A DNA stretch of 62,971 nt, filler included, from Rhabdomonas costata (taxonomy: Eukaryota), in NCBI GenBank assembly GCA_019059605.1. It is 31 parts of 31 records of this genome, joined end to end, with 100 filler letters (N's around TTAATTAATTAA, not from the genome) between each part and the next. Parts side by side here need not be neighbours in the genome. Positions count along the whole stretch, not along the records: positions 1 to 1,935 come from JAHMHO010007210.1; positions 2,036 to 3,970 come from JAHMHO010007211.1; positions 4,071 to 6,005 come from JAHMHO010007212.1; positions 6,106 to 8,040 come from JAHMHO010007213.1; positions 8,141 to 10,076 come from JAHMHO010007214.1; positions 10,177 to 12,110 come from JAHMHO010007215.1; positions 12,211 to 14,145 come from JAHMHO010007216.1; 24 more parts are not named here. One strand, written 5' to 3'. Shown piece by piece: positions 1 through 12,217 of this stretch; positions within the stretch are counted from its first letter, which is position 1; each line of letters opens with the position of its first letter. The notes under the pieces were generated by a model. The model made no database searches. It saw only the letters and a program-made list of their open reading frames with translations, and was not told where the DNA came from. Made by a program: the position numbers and the translations under genes.

Positions 1-1
1 G

Positions 2-1881
2 CGTTTCTTCACTGATGTTTTGGAGATGGGCATGGTGGAGGACAACCCCAGGCTGTGGGAGTGCTTCGCTGACCTGATGGTGCACTGCTTCGCGCAGCAG
101 ACCTTCACCTTCGCCTCGTTGAACCGCCTCATCCCCTCCGCCATCTTTGAGAGCGACGAGGTCCTGAATATGGTCCTGGCCTTGTTCAAGCGCATCAAGC
201 AGGAGGTGCCTTGAGAGATGGGGGTGGGTCGACCATGGACTGCGTTGGCTTTGGCCTTGATGTAAAATTTGTTTTGCATTCAAAAGGGCCCATATAATGT
301 GCATGTTTCGCACTCCTTCAGGCATGTGAGAGTACTCTGCCCTCTTCGCACTGGTAAGACCTAGTGTCAACTCATGGGAAAGTTGCGCATACGGTTTGCT
401 TGACGCTTAAATTGCGGTGATGTGTGTGTATGTGCCAAACAGAGCTCTCCGCTGACGGTGTGCTGTAGTGGCCACTTCGACCTCCTGGAGCGGCTCTTTG
501 CCGTCAAGAACGACACGAAAAGGATCGAGGAGCTGCTGGAGCTTCTCAAGGAAGCGGTGCGATTGACAGGCCGCGTCCCTGCACCCCACTAGTCGTGCGT
601 AGTTGTGCGGGAGTTCTATGTGCGTTTCTGTTAAGGCTCTGGACAGGCCGAGTGAGACTGGGTGATGAGGTGTTAAATGGAGAAATCAGGCTTTTATAAA
701 GGCTGGAAGGCCTTGCCACGGCTATTCCGCTGGAGCTCAGCTATACAGTGCGGGCGCATTTCCTCGTATGGAGTTGGTGAATTGACGCCCTCACCAGGCG
801 GTTCTCTCTTCTCAGCGTCTTCATCTCGATGCCCCTCCCTCTTCCTCCTCCTCCTCCGTAGGGGTGCCTGGACATGGACCCAACGCTGTACATCTACAAC
901 TGGTTCAAGGATAACCTCCCCCAGGACGACCTACTGCTGTGGCTGCAGGTTGCTGCTTCCTCCCCACCTCCCTCTCCTTTTACAAATTGCGCGATCGCCG
1001 TCGCCGCGTGTTCCGTCGAGGAACCAAAACCCCCATCACTGCATCGAAGCCGCATTCGGCGGAGGTAGCCAGCCTAACGAGTCGTCACTCGCACTTCATT
1101 TTTCCCGAGGCACTATCCGTTTTGCCTTTGTGCCTTCCAGGACGGACCTTTTGCCGTTCGCCAGGCATCCTCCAGGGACTAAAGGCACCTCCCCCCTCTC
1201 AGGTAGGTTGTAGGTGGGAAGAATTTCGCCAAGAAAAAAAACGCAGCACAAGGTCAACACGTCGACAACGATTCGTTTTCTTTACACAGGAGAACATTCC
1301 GGAGCACATGGCATGCAGCGAGATCATCACTCAGAAGGTGGTCGCGCCGACCATCCTGTACAGCGTGGTGGCCACCGACTTGTTCTCCGAAAGGGAGAGG
1401 CACAAGGTGACTGGGCGTCTGTTTCCCTGTGATCTTTATTCAGGCAATGCCACCGAAGTACACTTTGTCTGCTGGAGCGCAAGGGTGAGAAATGCAGCCG
1501 GTTGGACACCGGGCCAGAATGTCGTGCTTCAGTTCGTTTCAAGACCGCCATGAATACCTTTAAGACCCGCTCCAGCCTCGCCAATTCAGACGCATCGGCA
1601 ATGTTTTTACATGTCTGCAACACCCCGTGTGTGGGGGGTTCACTTACCTACTTTCCTTTTACTTATTTCCGCTTTCCTGCGTTCAATAGTTTTTGAACCT
1701 GTGTGTTGTTCCCAGGAACCGCGGCTTCTGTTTGACAAGCTGCTGGCGCTTTTCACGCGGCAGCTGATCAAGCCCCTACTGAAGTACACCCAGAATGATA
1801 ACCCCAAGCAGAAGTTCAACAACGAGCTGCAGTGCCTGCTGGAGGCCCAGAGGCTGTGCTTCCTCACAGGGTTCCAGTCAG
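2..1881 (+). CDS. eIF4G-like translation factor, internal fragment (MA3 + W2 HEAT domains), 5 exons
   Basis: Exons 2-205, 443-556, 862-948, 1290-1406 and 1716-1881 splice in frame via GT-AG introns. ..FFTDVLEMGMVEDNPRLWECFADLMVHCFAQ.. resembles the MA3 'ED..IDIP..W.YLAEL' pattern. ..LIKPLLKYTQND...NNELQCLLEAQRLC.. resembles the W2 'LLQKY...ELQALYALQ' pattern. Confidence 0.6.
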
Positions 1882-1935
1882 GTCTCCCCACAACATCTGC
1901 TGGGAGGCACACCTATTTGATATCTACACAAACCC

Positions 1936-2035
1936 NNNNNNNNNNNNNNNNNNNNNNNNNNNNNNNNNNNNNNNNNNNNTTAATTAATTAANNNNNNNNN
2001 NNNNNNNNNNNNNNNNNNNNNNNNNNNNNNNNNNN
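1936..2035. other. Artificial contig linker (N44-TTAATTAATTAA-N44), first of 30
   Basis: The same 100-bp spacer with stops in all six frames recurs about every 2035 bp (3971, 6006, 8041, 10077 ... 58906, 60938). Contigs are ~1.93 kb each, consistent with a length-sorted concatenated assembly. Confidence 0.99.
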
Positions 2036-2370
2036 AAACAACGGAGTGGAAAATGCTAATCATCCGGAGCCACGAGCAGAGCCCACCCAACACTAAAGAG
2101 GAAACAAAGAAAAGCCTTCCGCCCCGGAGTTGCCGTGTTTCAGTCTCTTGCAGGAGCTCCCGCTTTCCAACTCTAAAAACTGGGGGGTACAGAAGGAGGA
2201 GGGTGTATGGAGAAAGGGAAGGGATTAAAAGGACTCAATCACCACCTGGTGCTGGGTGTGGTTTTAGGGCTTTTTGGAAAGCCTTTCTGTTTGATCCTTC
2301 TCGTGCACGTGTGAGCGGACACAGCTGCCACCCTTTCTTGGTGTGAAGGGGTGTGGGTATAAAAAAACCA

Positions 2371-2510
2371 ATGGAAAGTCACTCTGCCAGCGCCGAAGAG
2401 CTCAATTCCCCAGTGGCTCCCCAGGGGCATATCACGGTGGCCGAGGCCTTCGGCTTGTACGCGGGGAAGGACGGGTGCCTTGCCGTGCGCAGTCTCCTGG
2501 CCGTGTTCCG
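2371..2510 (+). CDS. Possible first exon of a degenerate EF-hand (calmodulin/light-chain-like) protein
   Basis: MESHSASAEELNSPVAPQGHITVAEAFGLYAGKDGCLAVRSLLAVF resembles 'EAF.LFD.DG.G.I...L..V.R'. GT donor at 2511. Confidence 0.3.
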
Positions 2511-3758
2511 GTTGTGCTCTTTTTCTTCATGGGAGAAAGCGTGTTCCCGTGCTTTTATCTTCAGAGCGGCTTATCTCTTGACAAAATGGCAAGCAACATT
2601 GGTCCAGTGGGACAGGGTCTGGGGTATTAGTTCTGCAGTTGCGGACACTAGATATGGGATATGGGGTGCAACCGAATGTGAATGGTTCTGGCTTGGTAGA
2701 AATATGAGACAGAAATAATAACATGTAGGGTTTTGTTAATAACAATAAATTATAAAAAATTTTATCTATTATTTTGTTATTTTGTCATTATCTTGCTGTT
2801 TTGTTATGATTATTTATATAAAAATAATCATAACAATAGTGATGCATGAAAATAAGAGAGGTGGTTCACGGGTTGTGGGACCTTCTCCAAGCTTTCATTG
2901 CCCCCCGCCTCTGGACGGATGCCAGTTCCGGCCGATACACTGTCTAGTTTTGTAACAGGGCAGTTTGATTCCGACTGAGGCAGCTCGAGCAGAATCAGAA
3001 TTCTGTTGATAAAAAGCAGTTTTTTTTGAATTGATTCGGTGGGGGGGGCTTTCCCGTTCCGCATTCTTTCTCAAGAGACGGGCCGCTGGTTTTCCTGTCT
3101 GGAAGCCATTTCAAAAAAGTCAAAAGCCAGCTCCAGTGATTTAGATCGATTGAAAGGGGGTTGACCCCCCCTACACACAATTTGAGACAAAAAGAATGGC
3201 TCTAGCAGCGTCGCCGTGCACCTAGTTAATATATCTTGAACCTACATCCATCAGTGGGTTTCATTTCATTCTTGCTCTCCTTCCCCGACACCGTCGTCTA
3301 ACTTTAGTAAAATGTCTGGTCGCTTTTTTCCCACCTGGGCAAGCAATCATAAGTTGTCTAAAAATATCGCTGTGTACATTTTTATTTCACGAACGGTGTA
3401 CTTTGTCGTGGTAGTGCCAAACGCTTCCACTTAATAGCGATTTGGGGAGTGGAAAATTTTGAGCAGTTCTTTTTTTTTTTTTTTGCAAAGATTCATCCAA
3501 TGTGTAGTGGAATGCTGGCTGTGTTTCTGAACTTTTGCGGTATTTGGATGTGTGGATTCCATCGATCAAAGTTTCATGCTGGCGTGGCTTCGAGACAGCA
3601 GATTGACCAAATCGAGTTTTTTGTTATGTTTTTGTGGTAATTATTTGTCCGCTTCTTCAGCTTGTTTGCCAAATTGCGCCATTTTATAATTTATTAGGTC
3701 GTGAAATAAAAATGTCCATGGCGATATAATCTGATGTCATGCGCTGTATGGGCCAGGA

Positions 3759-3969
3759 GTTGGAGGTCTTATCTGGATAGACTGCAAGCAGTTGTTTGTG
3801 TGCATTAATTTCCTCTTGCGATCTTGTGAAATGCTTTTGACAGCATCGCTGGGTTTGACGTTGCTGAGTCGGAACTGTGCGATGCTGTCAAAAGCATTTC
3901 ACAAGATCGCAAGAGGAAATTAATGCACACAAACAACTGCTTGCAGTCTATCCAGATAAGACCTCCAAC
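3759..3969. repeat. Terminal fold-back inverted repeat (91-bp arms 3759-3849 / 3879-3969), probable amplification artefact
   Basis: Perfect reverse-complement arms ending at the contig end. Confidence 0.9.
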
Positions 3970-4217
3970 CNNNNNNNNNNNNNNNNNNNNNNNNNNNNNN
4001 NNNNNNNNNNNNNNTTAATTAATTAANNNNNNNNNNNNNNNNNNNNNNNNNNNNNNNNNNNNNNNNNNNNGTGTTTGTGTTACTATTTGTTGCAATTGCC
4101 TTGCCTTTCTTGCGGACGCTGAACACTCTATGCGCTGCTCTTCATTTTTCTCCAACTTGGGGCATTGACTGCTTTAAAAGGAAAAGTTGACAATGAGCAG
4201 GTAGGCAAAGGCGATAC

Positions 4218-5990
4218 CCTCATCCAAGTTGACCAGCTTCCCAATAATTTTGAAGCGGTTGTAGATCTGCTCCTTCTGGGGATTCCCATGGGCAGTAATA
4301 AATCTCCTCAGCAGAGCTAAACTTCCAGAGGTCGCCCGCCTTGTTCCATCCATCACGTCAGCGGGGATTTGGATCGTCATCACCAGATTGTATCCCGAAG
4401 TCTGGTCACTGGACAGCATCGAAGGACCGTAGTCTGGAACCATGAAGTTCACCACAAAGATGTGGGAGCCATCTGCAGATCCCAGTCCCAGGGCCATGGC
4501 AACGTTTGTCGCCTTCGAACTGGAGCGCAGCAGGTTCACCGCGATAACGTTGCCCAGAGCAGGACCAGAAGGAGCCTTCAACTTGGCCTTCTTGTAATCC
4601 GGCCCTGTCCGAACACTGAAGCAGCTGCTGTTCATCAGCGACCACGCCTGACTGGGATGAGAAGCGTCAATAGAAGCCTGAGTCAGAGCACCTTTTGATG
4701 AGAGAAAAAGAACAGGAGGTGGAGGTGGAGGTGGAGGTGGTGGTGGTGCTGGTGGTGGTGGTGGGCTTGCCTCCACGGCAACGGAAGTTGCGGAAGGCGG
4801 CTCCAAATCCGAGGGAGAAAACTCGTCGGTGCTTTGCATGGCACCAACGCCCACAATGGTGACGGTGGTGTCTGCTGTTAGCGAGTCGACCAATGGGTCC
4901 ACCGAAGCAAATTTTTCATCAATCTTGAGGTCTTCGTCGGAAACAACAACTGAGCAACGCCGGCTGCTCTCCTTCGAGGGGAGCTCGTGTGGCGGTGGGG
5001 TGTGCGAGCTGTCAGAGTCCACCCTCTTCCCGATAGTGATTAGCACATCCTCACCTGCAGAAGGATGCTCACGGTGTTCCTCTGCACTCTCCACGGAAAG
5101 GCGAGGCGCCGAAGGAGGGGATGTGCCATTCTCCCCAACTACCGCACAACAACGGAGTGGCATGGAGGGACTAACTCCCACCGAGGAGGAGGAAGTTGGC
5201 GTCGCAAACCCACTCGCTGAGGAGACCCGAGGAGACCTCCAGTTTGCGGGCTTCCAGAGATTGGGGGAGGGCACCAGCTGCAAGGACTGCAGCCTAACAC
5301 AGCCCAGCAAAACCTCAGGCAGCTCTTCATCAGAGCGTCCCTCGATGATAAGACCGAGGTCTACTTCAGGGAACGGCATCCCCCGCTTAAGAAAGGCTCT
5401 CCAGCCTTTGCGAGCAATGACTCCAAAGCTGTGAACATCGATGTCAATTTCCGTGTATGCCGGCCCGTGGAAGAACAGATGCTCAGGGGAAGTGAAGACG
5501 GGCTTTCCATTATAGGTTGTAAAAAGCCCAAACTCGGTCCCACTCAGCTTGTATCCCACGGGGCTGGAGAGCCGCCCGATCATTTTCAACCGGCGATGGA
5601 TTTCCGAGCAACCTGTGGGGTCATCGATGTCATTAATAAACTTCCACAACAGAGACAAACTCCCGGACAAGGCTTCGCTGGCACTCCGCAAGATTTGCTC
5701 AGAAATTCCCATGTACACGACGAGACTGAGACCAGCGCCGTCCGAGGCTTTCAGGCTGGGAGCGTAGGTAGGAAGCATGAAGTTGATCACAATCATATGT
5801 TTTCTGCCCTCAATAGGCTCCGCTTCAGGAGGAAAGCCCACGCGGGATACGATGTCCTTCACCTTGGAAGGGCAATGAAACACCTCGACAGCCAAGATCT
5901 GAGTCAGGCACCCCTGGGACGGAGCTTTTAGACGATGCTTCTTGTAATTCGGACCCTGTCTGACATGAAACGAGGAAGCAGGTAAGGGAC
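4218..5990 (-). CDS. Protein with two tandem EDR2_C (DUF1336) domains separated by a Ser/Pro-rich linker; one long exon, partial
   Basis: The ORF is open from the contig edge. Two copies of F.VR.GP.YKK.+LKAPS (SSFHVRQGPNYKKHRLKAPS; SCFSVRTGPDYKKAKLKAPS), each followed by 'V(I/V)NFM.P.Y.PS' and 'R(L/F)K.IG'. The first copy ends with YTEIDIDVHSF and LIIEGRSDEELPEVLLGCVRL. GT donor at 4217. Confidence 0.8.
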
Positions 5991-8694
5991 ACCATACCCA
6001 ACCCCNNNNNNNNNNNNNNNNNNNNNNNNNNNNNNNNNNNNNNNNNNNNTTAATTAATTAANNNNNNNNNNNNNNNNNNNNNNNNNNNNNNNNNNNNNNN
6101 NNNNNGGTTGTGGGGGTGGTCCTGAAACCGGTCTTTCTAATGCGGTGAACTGTTAAACACGTGTAGTATTAACAGCATTTTGTCTTCATTTTCTGAAAAT
6201 AAATTGTAAAATAATACATTGCCAATGCACCCATACAAACGCCACCCAACAATGTACTCCACACAGACACACCACTGGAAATCTTTTGAAACCCTGCAAA
6301 ACTCAACACCGAAGCTCACTCAACACCGGGTACAGTGTGTTCGTGGGTTGTGCGTTTGTGGGTTAGGTAGTAAGTTGTTTGCTTGCGTTCCTGGTTCCTT
6401 GGGTTGCTATGCGTTCTGTCTGTGTTGTACTAAGCTTCATTCGCTCCCGGTAAGGCTCGGTGTGGTTTGAGCTTTATTGGTGGCATTGATTTCGGTCGTG
6501 TTCAAGGGTTCGATTTGCGTTCTGGTGCCTTCATTCTTGTTTGTTGGATTTATATGTGGGATGGTTGCTTGTTCGGTTGATGTTGCTGTGGTTGTGGTGC
6601 CTATGTGAGTTTCGCTTGTGTTGCGGTACAACGCGTGTTTCTGGTGCCTTGTGTTCTTTTGGTGTCGTGGTGGCTTGTGTGGTGTACGCAGCGCTTGGGT
6701 CACTGTTGGGTTGTTGCGTGTCGTCGTGATCGTGGTGATGGTGGCATGGTTGGGATAGCTCATGGTGGTGAGTCCGGGGTCACTGCTGCTTGGCCTAGAT
6801 GTGGCATGGTTGGTGCTAGGTAGTGCATCGTGGTGTGTGGTCTGCTTCATGCTGGCTTGTGTTGTGTTGGGTCTGCTTGGGCTGTGTTGGTACTCTTTTT
6901 GTTCCGGTGTTTTTGTTTGCGTTTGAGTTGTGTGGGCTGTGTGGTGCGTTGGGTGAACCACTGCGAGATCTGGTAGCAGTGCTGGGTAGGTGGTTTATGT
7001 CGACAGGCGCTGGGCCTGCGAAACATACCGTCTTGGACAAAAAACGCACACAGACACACACAAACATGTGGTAAGCGATTGACACAGCAATCACACTCCC
7101 GGTAAAAAGTGGACCGCAAACAGTGTTGTAACCGAGCAGTCCATGACTGAACAATGTGTAATAGGCGCTGTACATAACATTGGAGATGATCATGGTGCAA
7201 AGCGGTACAATACCAGAAGACAAGCAAGGCGAGGTAGAGGGAACTTTTACAAACGAAACGTTGCAAATACCGTACAGATGAATGCGACGAACTAAAGATG
7301 GTTGAAAAACATGAAAGGATGGCATTATCACGATGAAAACTGAGACAGAACGATTGCAAGGAAGTAAGAGGGCACTAAAAAGCACAATGCACGGAGAACA
7401 GAGCACAGGAGTTATCACCAGAGCATGGCAACCGTCAGCCGAAGAGTCCACCACGGTGTGTGCTAGCATCGACACAACAGGAAAAACGTTTTCCAAGGTC
7501 TCAGTGGCTATACCTACCGATGAAGTACTGGCATCAGTTGCAGGTCTGGATGAAGCATCAGTGGCAGTGACGCAGTCAATCAATCAAATGCACAGAGAGC
7601 AAGAACTCGAACCTCACCACAATGGCGCTACGAAATGTCATCCCATAGAGAACTGGCCTGCTCTAGCGCGGACTTCTTCCGAAAGCGCTCCTCTGTGGAC
7701 GGCTCAGCTGTATATATCTACCGAGGCTCATTGCATCCACGTGTGATGCGGGCTCAAGGGTCGCCGATGATCCCAAAGAGAACCGGTTGGTAGTCTGGGA
7801 CATAAGACCACATACAACATACCACAGAAACCGTCAATACACTCCAAAACAACCCTCAAACTCTACATAACCACACCCACCGACTCACTTCCCACGCTAT
7901 CCAGAACACCAAGACAACACACGTCACCACCACATTGACCCACACAGACCTCCACTCCACAGCACTCCACAACACCGACCACACCATTTACCATACCTAC
8001 CAACCCAACAACCTCCAACACCAGATCCACCAACGCCACCNNNNNNNNNNNNNNNNNNNNNNNNNNNNNNNNNNNNNNNNNNNNTTAATTAATTAANNNN
8101 NNNNNNNNNNNNNNNNNNNNNNNNNNNNNNNNNNNNNNNNGTGGTGGGTGTGTTTGGGGTGTGGTGTGTGGCGTGAGTGGTCGGCACGGTTTTGGAATTG
8201 TGGGTGTACGTGTCAGGGGGGAAAGAGGAGAGGCAAAGTTGTGCGTGTCTGCATGCGCAGTGTTGCTGTGTGGGTGCTTCTCGTCGCTGTGTGGTTTCAT
8301 GTGTGCCTGTGCGGCACAGTGGCCGTTTCTGCACTTTGTCTATGATCGGGGTTGTTCTTCTTTCGCTCGCCATGCTCCCTTTGTTTTCTCCAAAAAGGTA
8401 GTGCACTGCGAGGTGTTCCATTTAAATTCCAAGATAAAAGATAATGAATTTTGAATATGAAGAACATGAACTGTATATGACCTGTATATACTAAAGACCC
8501 CAGGCCTGCTTCGGCTGCCCTCAAGAGACATGAGTTTACAGATAATGAACTCCATTTTATTCTGGCTTTGGTATAAGGCTCTGGCCCCCCAGATTGCCAT
8601 TTTGTATGATGGGGGTTTGGGGCTGCTTTTAGTACGAAAACCGAATCAAACTGAAGGGGCAGAAATTGTTACCAGTCTCAAGATGACTTGTTAC

Positions 8695-8878
8695 CAGACT
8701 CAAGAGCCCTGGCCCGGAGGGATACCGTCTCCATGGCGGCCTTCAGGGTCGCCTGCGGCACTGCGCGCACAGCGGCGCGGATGCGCTGTTTGAATGCCCT
8801 CAGGGACTGCGCCGGAGTCTGGTACACCTTGGCCTTAAGTAGGCCCCACAGAAAGATGTCTGGGAGGGACAGGCTTTC
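8695..8878 (-). mobile_element. Tc1/mariner-superfamily transposase C-terminal fragment, bounded by splice sites
   Basis: ESLSLPDIFLWGLLKAKVYQTPAQSLRAFKQRIRAAVRAVPQATLKAAMETVSLRARAL matches the 'DL.P.DFFLWG.LK.KVY...P..L..LK..I......I....L...M.....R' tail of mariner-type DDD transposases. It is flanked by ttttcacAG and GTaac. Confidence 0.7.
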
Positions 8879-9803
8879 CTGTGAAAATGACATTCTTGAC
8901 ATTCTTTGGCATTGATGTTGACTTTTTCTGGTGACAGCCATTTATTTCATTCCCACACACAGATCCCCTTTCTTCTCAACCACCTTGGGCCAATTGCCTT
9001 GTGAATATTGTGAGTGGAGTTGTTTCCAATGCAACGATGGGCTCGGGCTGCGTTGCGGCCCTCGGGTAGCGCTCAGCTTCCCCTGTGCTTCTTCGTCTCC
9101 TTAGGTGTGAGACGTGAGAGTGCGCCGGCCTCGGGGCCTTGGAGTACGGGCACTCCTTATTTCGACTTTGCTTTGTTTTTGTCCGTTTTTGTCTGTTTTG
9201 TTTATTTGTCTGCCTGGCACTCGAAAGGCAATGGCTTGCTCGGGACTTAAGAGACAACGGAGTGAGCAGGGCGGACCAGCACCACATCAATTTTGGTGAA
9301 TACTGATGTGAATATTTGAGGGGAACAGGTTCGGAACGTGCTCACATCCTTCTTCTTTTTGCTCTGCGCATTTCTGTCAGCCCCTTTGTCATCGTTGGGC
9401 TGAGCGTGTTTTTTTTACTATTTTTTTTTTACTAATTTCACTCGTTTCTCCAGCATACCGCTTGGCGTGGACTTTTGGGGGCCTTTGCACGCCTACACAC
9501 TGAGCTTTCCCAAACAGAGCCCATAAATATATTGGGCTTAGTAAACCTGTTTCGGTCTTGCGACCTCGGTCTGAATGAAAATGCCTGTTTCTGAAGAGCA
9601 GGCCAAAAAAGCTGCAAGCAATAAAAGGCAAGCTGGTAAATTTGCTGCTTTTGCAGAAAGCTTCAGGTCCACGCTTTCAGCCGCAGAGTGCCCCCCACCC
9701 GTTGTTGACTCCCCAATGCGGATGCGCTAGCGTCTGCTTAAGGGCCGAGGCTGCAGTCCAAATGTCATACGCTCGACTTCTCACAAATTAGCGCACTCCG
9801 CAG

Positions 9804-10036
9804 GAACTGCGGGAACCGCAGGCACCGCAAGCGCAGCTCGCCCCCCGAGGTACATCGTGGACAGCAAGCTCCTGCGCAAATTGGCGGAGAGGAGCTCCCC
9901 TGCACTGAACCACTGGCTGAGCCAGCAGCTGCAGGGAGGCACCTCGCCCTCTAGCCGAGTGTACACCACATGGCTGGCCGAGGCGGTGCTGCGCGAGGTC
10001 AACGGAGTTACCACGCCGCTGGGCGAGCACATCCAG
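9804..10036 (+). CDS. Coding exon, hypothetical protein (weak PIN-domain-like N-terminal strand)
   Basis: AG/GT-bounded, GC3-rich. ..PPRYIVDSKLLRKLAERSSPALNHWLSQQLQGG...RVYTTWLAEAVLREV.. Confidence 0.35.
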
Positions 10037-10379
10037 GTCCCGCCCACACACCCACATACTGAAAACCCTACTCTGGNNNNNNNNNNNNNNNNNNNNNNNN
10101 NNNNNNNNNNNNNNNNNNNNTTAATTAATTAANNNNNNNNNNNNNNNNNNNNNNNNNNNNNNNNNNNNNNNNNNNNGGAGAGGGGGAGTGTTGTAATACC
10201 AATGGCACTGTTTTGGGTGCCGCTGAGGAAACGTGAGAGAGCGCAAGTATCGCAGATTCCACCGGTCACCATAATTCGCATTCTGAAGCTTTTGTTTTGA
10301 ATCAATTTACACCTCACGTTTTTTTTTACACCCCACACCGACCGCAAGCACTTTCGCATGCACACACACACGTACTCAC

Positions 10380-11740
10380 CCGCGGGCTGGGTTACCGCGG
10401 CCACGCACGGGGAGGGGCTTGTGCTGGACTGAGAGGTGGTGGTGGTCCCGTAGGAGGACATCAGCCCTGCAAACAGCAGCGGAAGGTGTCTCTAGGACTG
10501 AGAAAGTAATGCCAACAAGTGCTGACCGCCTTCCCTCAGAAAACCGGAACAGAGGTACATCGCTTGGGCTCCTCCTTGCTCTATGCTTCAACAATGCGGG
10601 ACGTCTGCAGATGCCGCAATGGGGAGTAACGCTCCCTGAACCCGGTCCCCCATCCACCCACATCCCTGGAACGAACCGGGACTGTCCTGTTTTTACCGCC
10701 AACCCACCGTTCTTACTTAACAATGTCTGCTTTGCGATTGGTGGCAGGGGTGGGGACGGGACCCGGTGCGCTTGGCCCCCCTCTCGGCTCAGTCCGCTGT
10801 GAAGGTTGCGCGATCCTTGAATTATTCTGGCGACATATGCCCTCCCTACACCCATGCACACCAGTGGCCCGAGTCTGCGTCGGAGTATACACGGAGGGGG
10901 TGCTAGTGTTGCTGACGACCTGGGACTGCCCTGTGAAAACCATTCAAAAACTCTACACCGAGAAACACATTGCAAGCGAAAAAAAAATGTCGGATGTGCT
11001 GAGCAGCTGCCACGAAGAGCTGTGGCTGTCTTTCTATCCGTTCCGCTTTGATCTTGGTTTCGCATTCTCCTACGACCGATCTAAAAGGAAAAAAAGCTAA
11101 CCCGATTTGTGGCCGCACGCCCTGCACCCCTATCAATCGGAACCTGAGCGAAAGAGTGCGCCGATAAGCCACACACATGACAAGAACGAGAAAGGAAACG
11201 GCGTGCGCGCTCATGCCGAAGGCCCCTCCGGCAGTGGTGGTTGGGCTAGCCAAGGAAGAGGAGGTGTAGCCTGGGACAAAGACAGCAATCCACCACACTG
11301 CTACAGAAGACACATATCATCGGCGGACAAAATCACAACCGGAGAACCATCGAACACCACAATCAACAGATGACAATACGGACACAAAAAAGACCAGTAC
11401 CTCGACTACCCAGTGCAAAGTGTGGGAAGATGGGCACGGTCACACACACACATGTGAAGTTAAAAAAAGGTGCGGAGACAAGAGACATGGGATATAAACC
11501 ACAAGCAACCTCGTAGCCCAAAAAATGAACTTTATTCTGGTATCAACATCGCCAACATTGTCAGCACTATCCACCTGTTTTCTGCACGCTGGCATGAAAG
11601 CAGAACAAAACCCAGAAGCGACGGTCAACCACAGCAGAAAGGAAAGATTTGGGTGGGAAGTGTCGAGCCTCAAAGACATACGGGTGGCCTCGATTTGGCT
11701 GCTGGTGAGAACAGAGGAGGTGCTAGCGTAGCACGCAGCC
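10380..11740 (-). CDS. Ser/Thr-rich low-complexity protein, several short exons
   Basis: Short AG-preceded blocks near 11683-11740 (AACYASTSSVLTSSQIEAT), 11217-11270 (YTSSSLASPTTTAGGAF), ~10853-10920 (VVSNTSTPSVYTPTQTRATG) and 10380-10467 (LMSSYGTTTTSQSSTSPSPCVAAVTQPA, GTGAGT donor). Boundaries are approximate. Confidence 0.35.
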
Positions 11741-12217
11741 CCTGTGACGAAGAATAGATTCCAACCAATTTCAACCGAATGATCAAGCCTGCCGGGTTTT
11801 CACGAATACTGAGCATCTCACGAGTCCGATTTTTATTTCTCTTTGAGCCGTGCCATTTTACACAATTCACCCTTTTTATACGCTTCCTTTATCCATCAAG
11901 AGCACCCAACAGAAAGCATAGCCGCCTCGGTGTGCGTGCGTGCACTCTCCAAAACTGGATTTTTTCCCCAAAAGTGCGGGGGCAGCGCATAGCACAGCCA
12001 TCAGCGGAACCCGCTTAGCGTACGCCCAGCGCTGCTTTTCGGCGGTCCTCAGTGGTATACCAAACGTACAAAATACCAATGGGAAACCCAACACCACACA
12101 CACCCACCACNNNNNNNNNNNNNNNNNNNNNNNNNNNNNNNNNNNNNNNNNNNNTTAATTAATTAANNNNNNNNNNNNNNNNNNNNNNNNNNNNNNNNNN
12201 NNNNNNNNNNGGGGGTT

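Noticed and set aside
4369-5931. Plus-strand ORFs 4369-4698, 4829-5434 and 5431-5931
   Set aside because: Antisense shadows of the EDR2_C coding exon.
6437-7583. Long minus-strand ORFs (174, 255 and 170 aa) and the hydrophobic plus frames as mitochondrial membrane genes
   Set aside because: Explained by extreme strand skew; no conserved motifs recognised even reading TGA as Trp.
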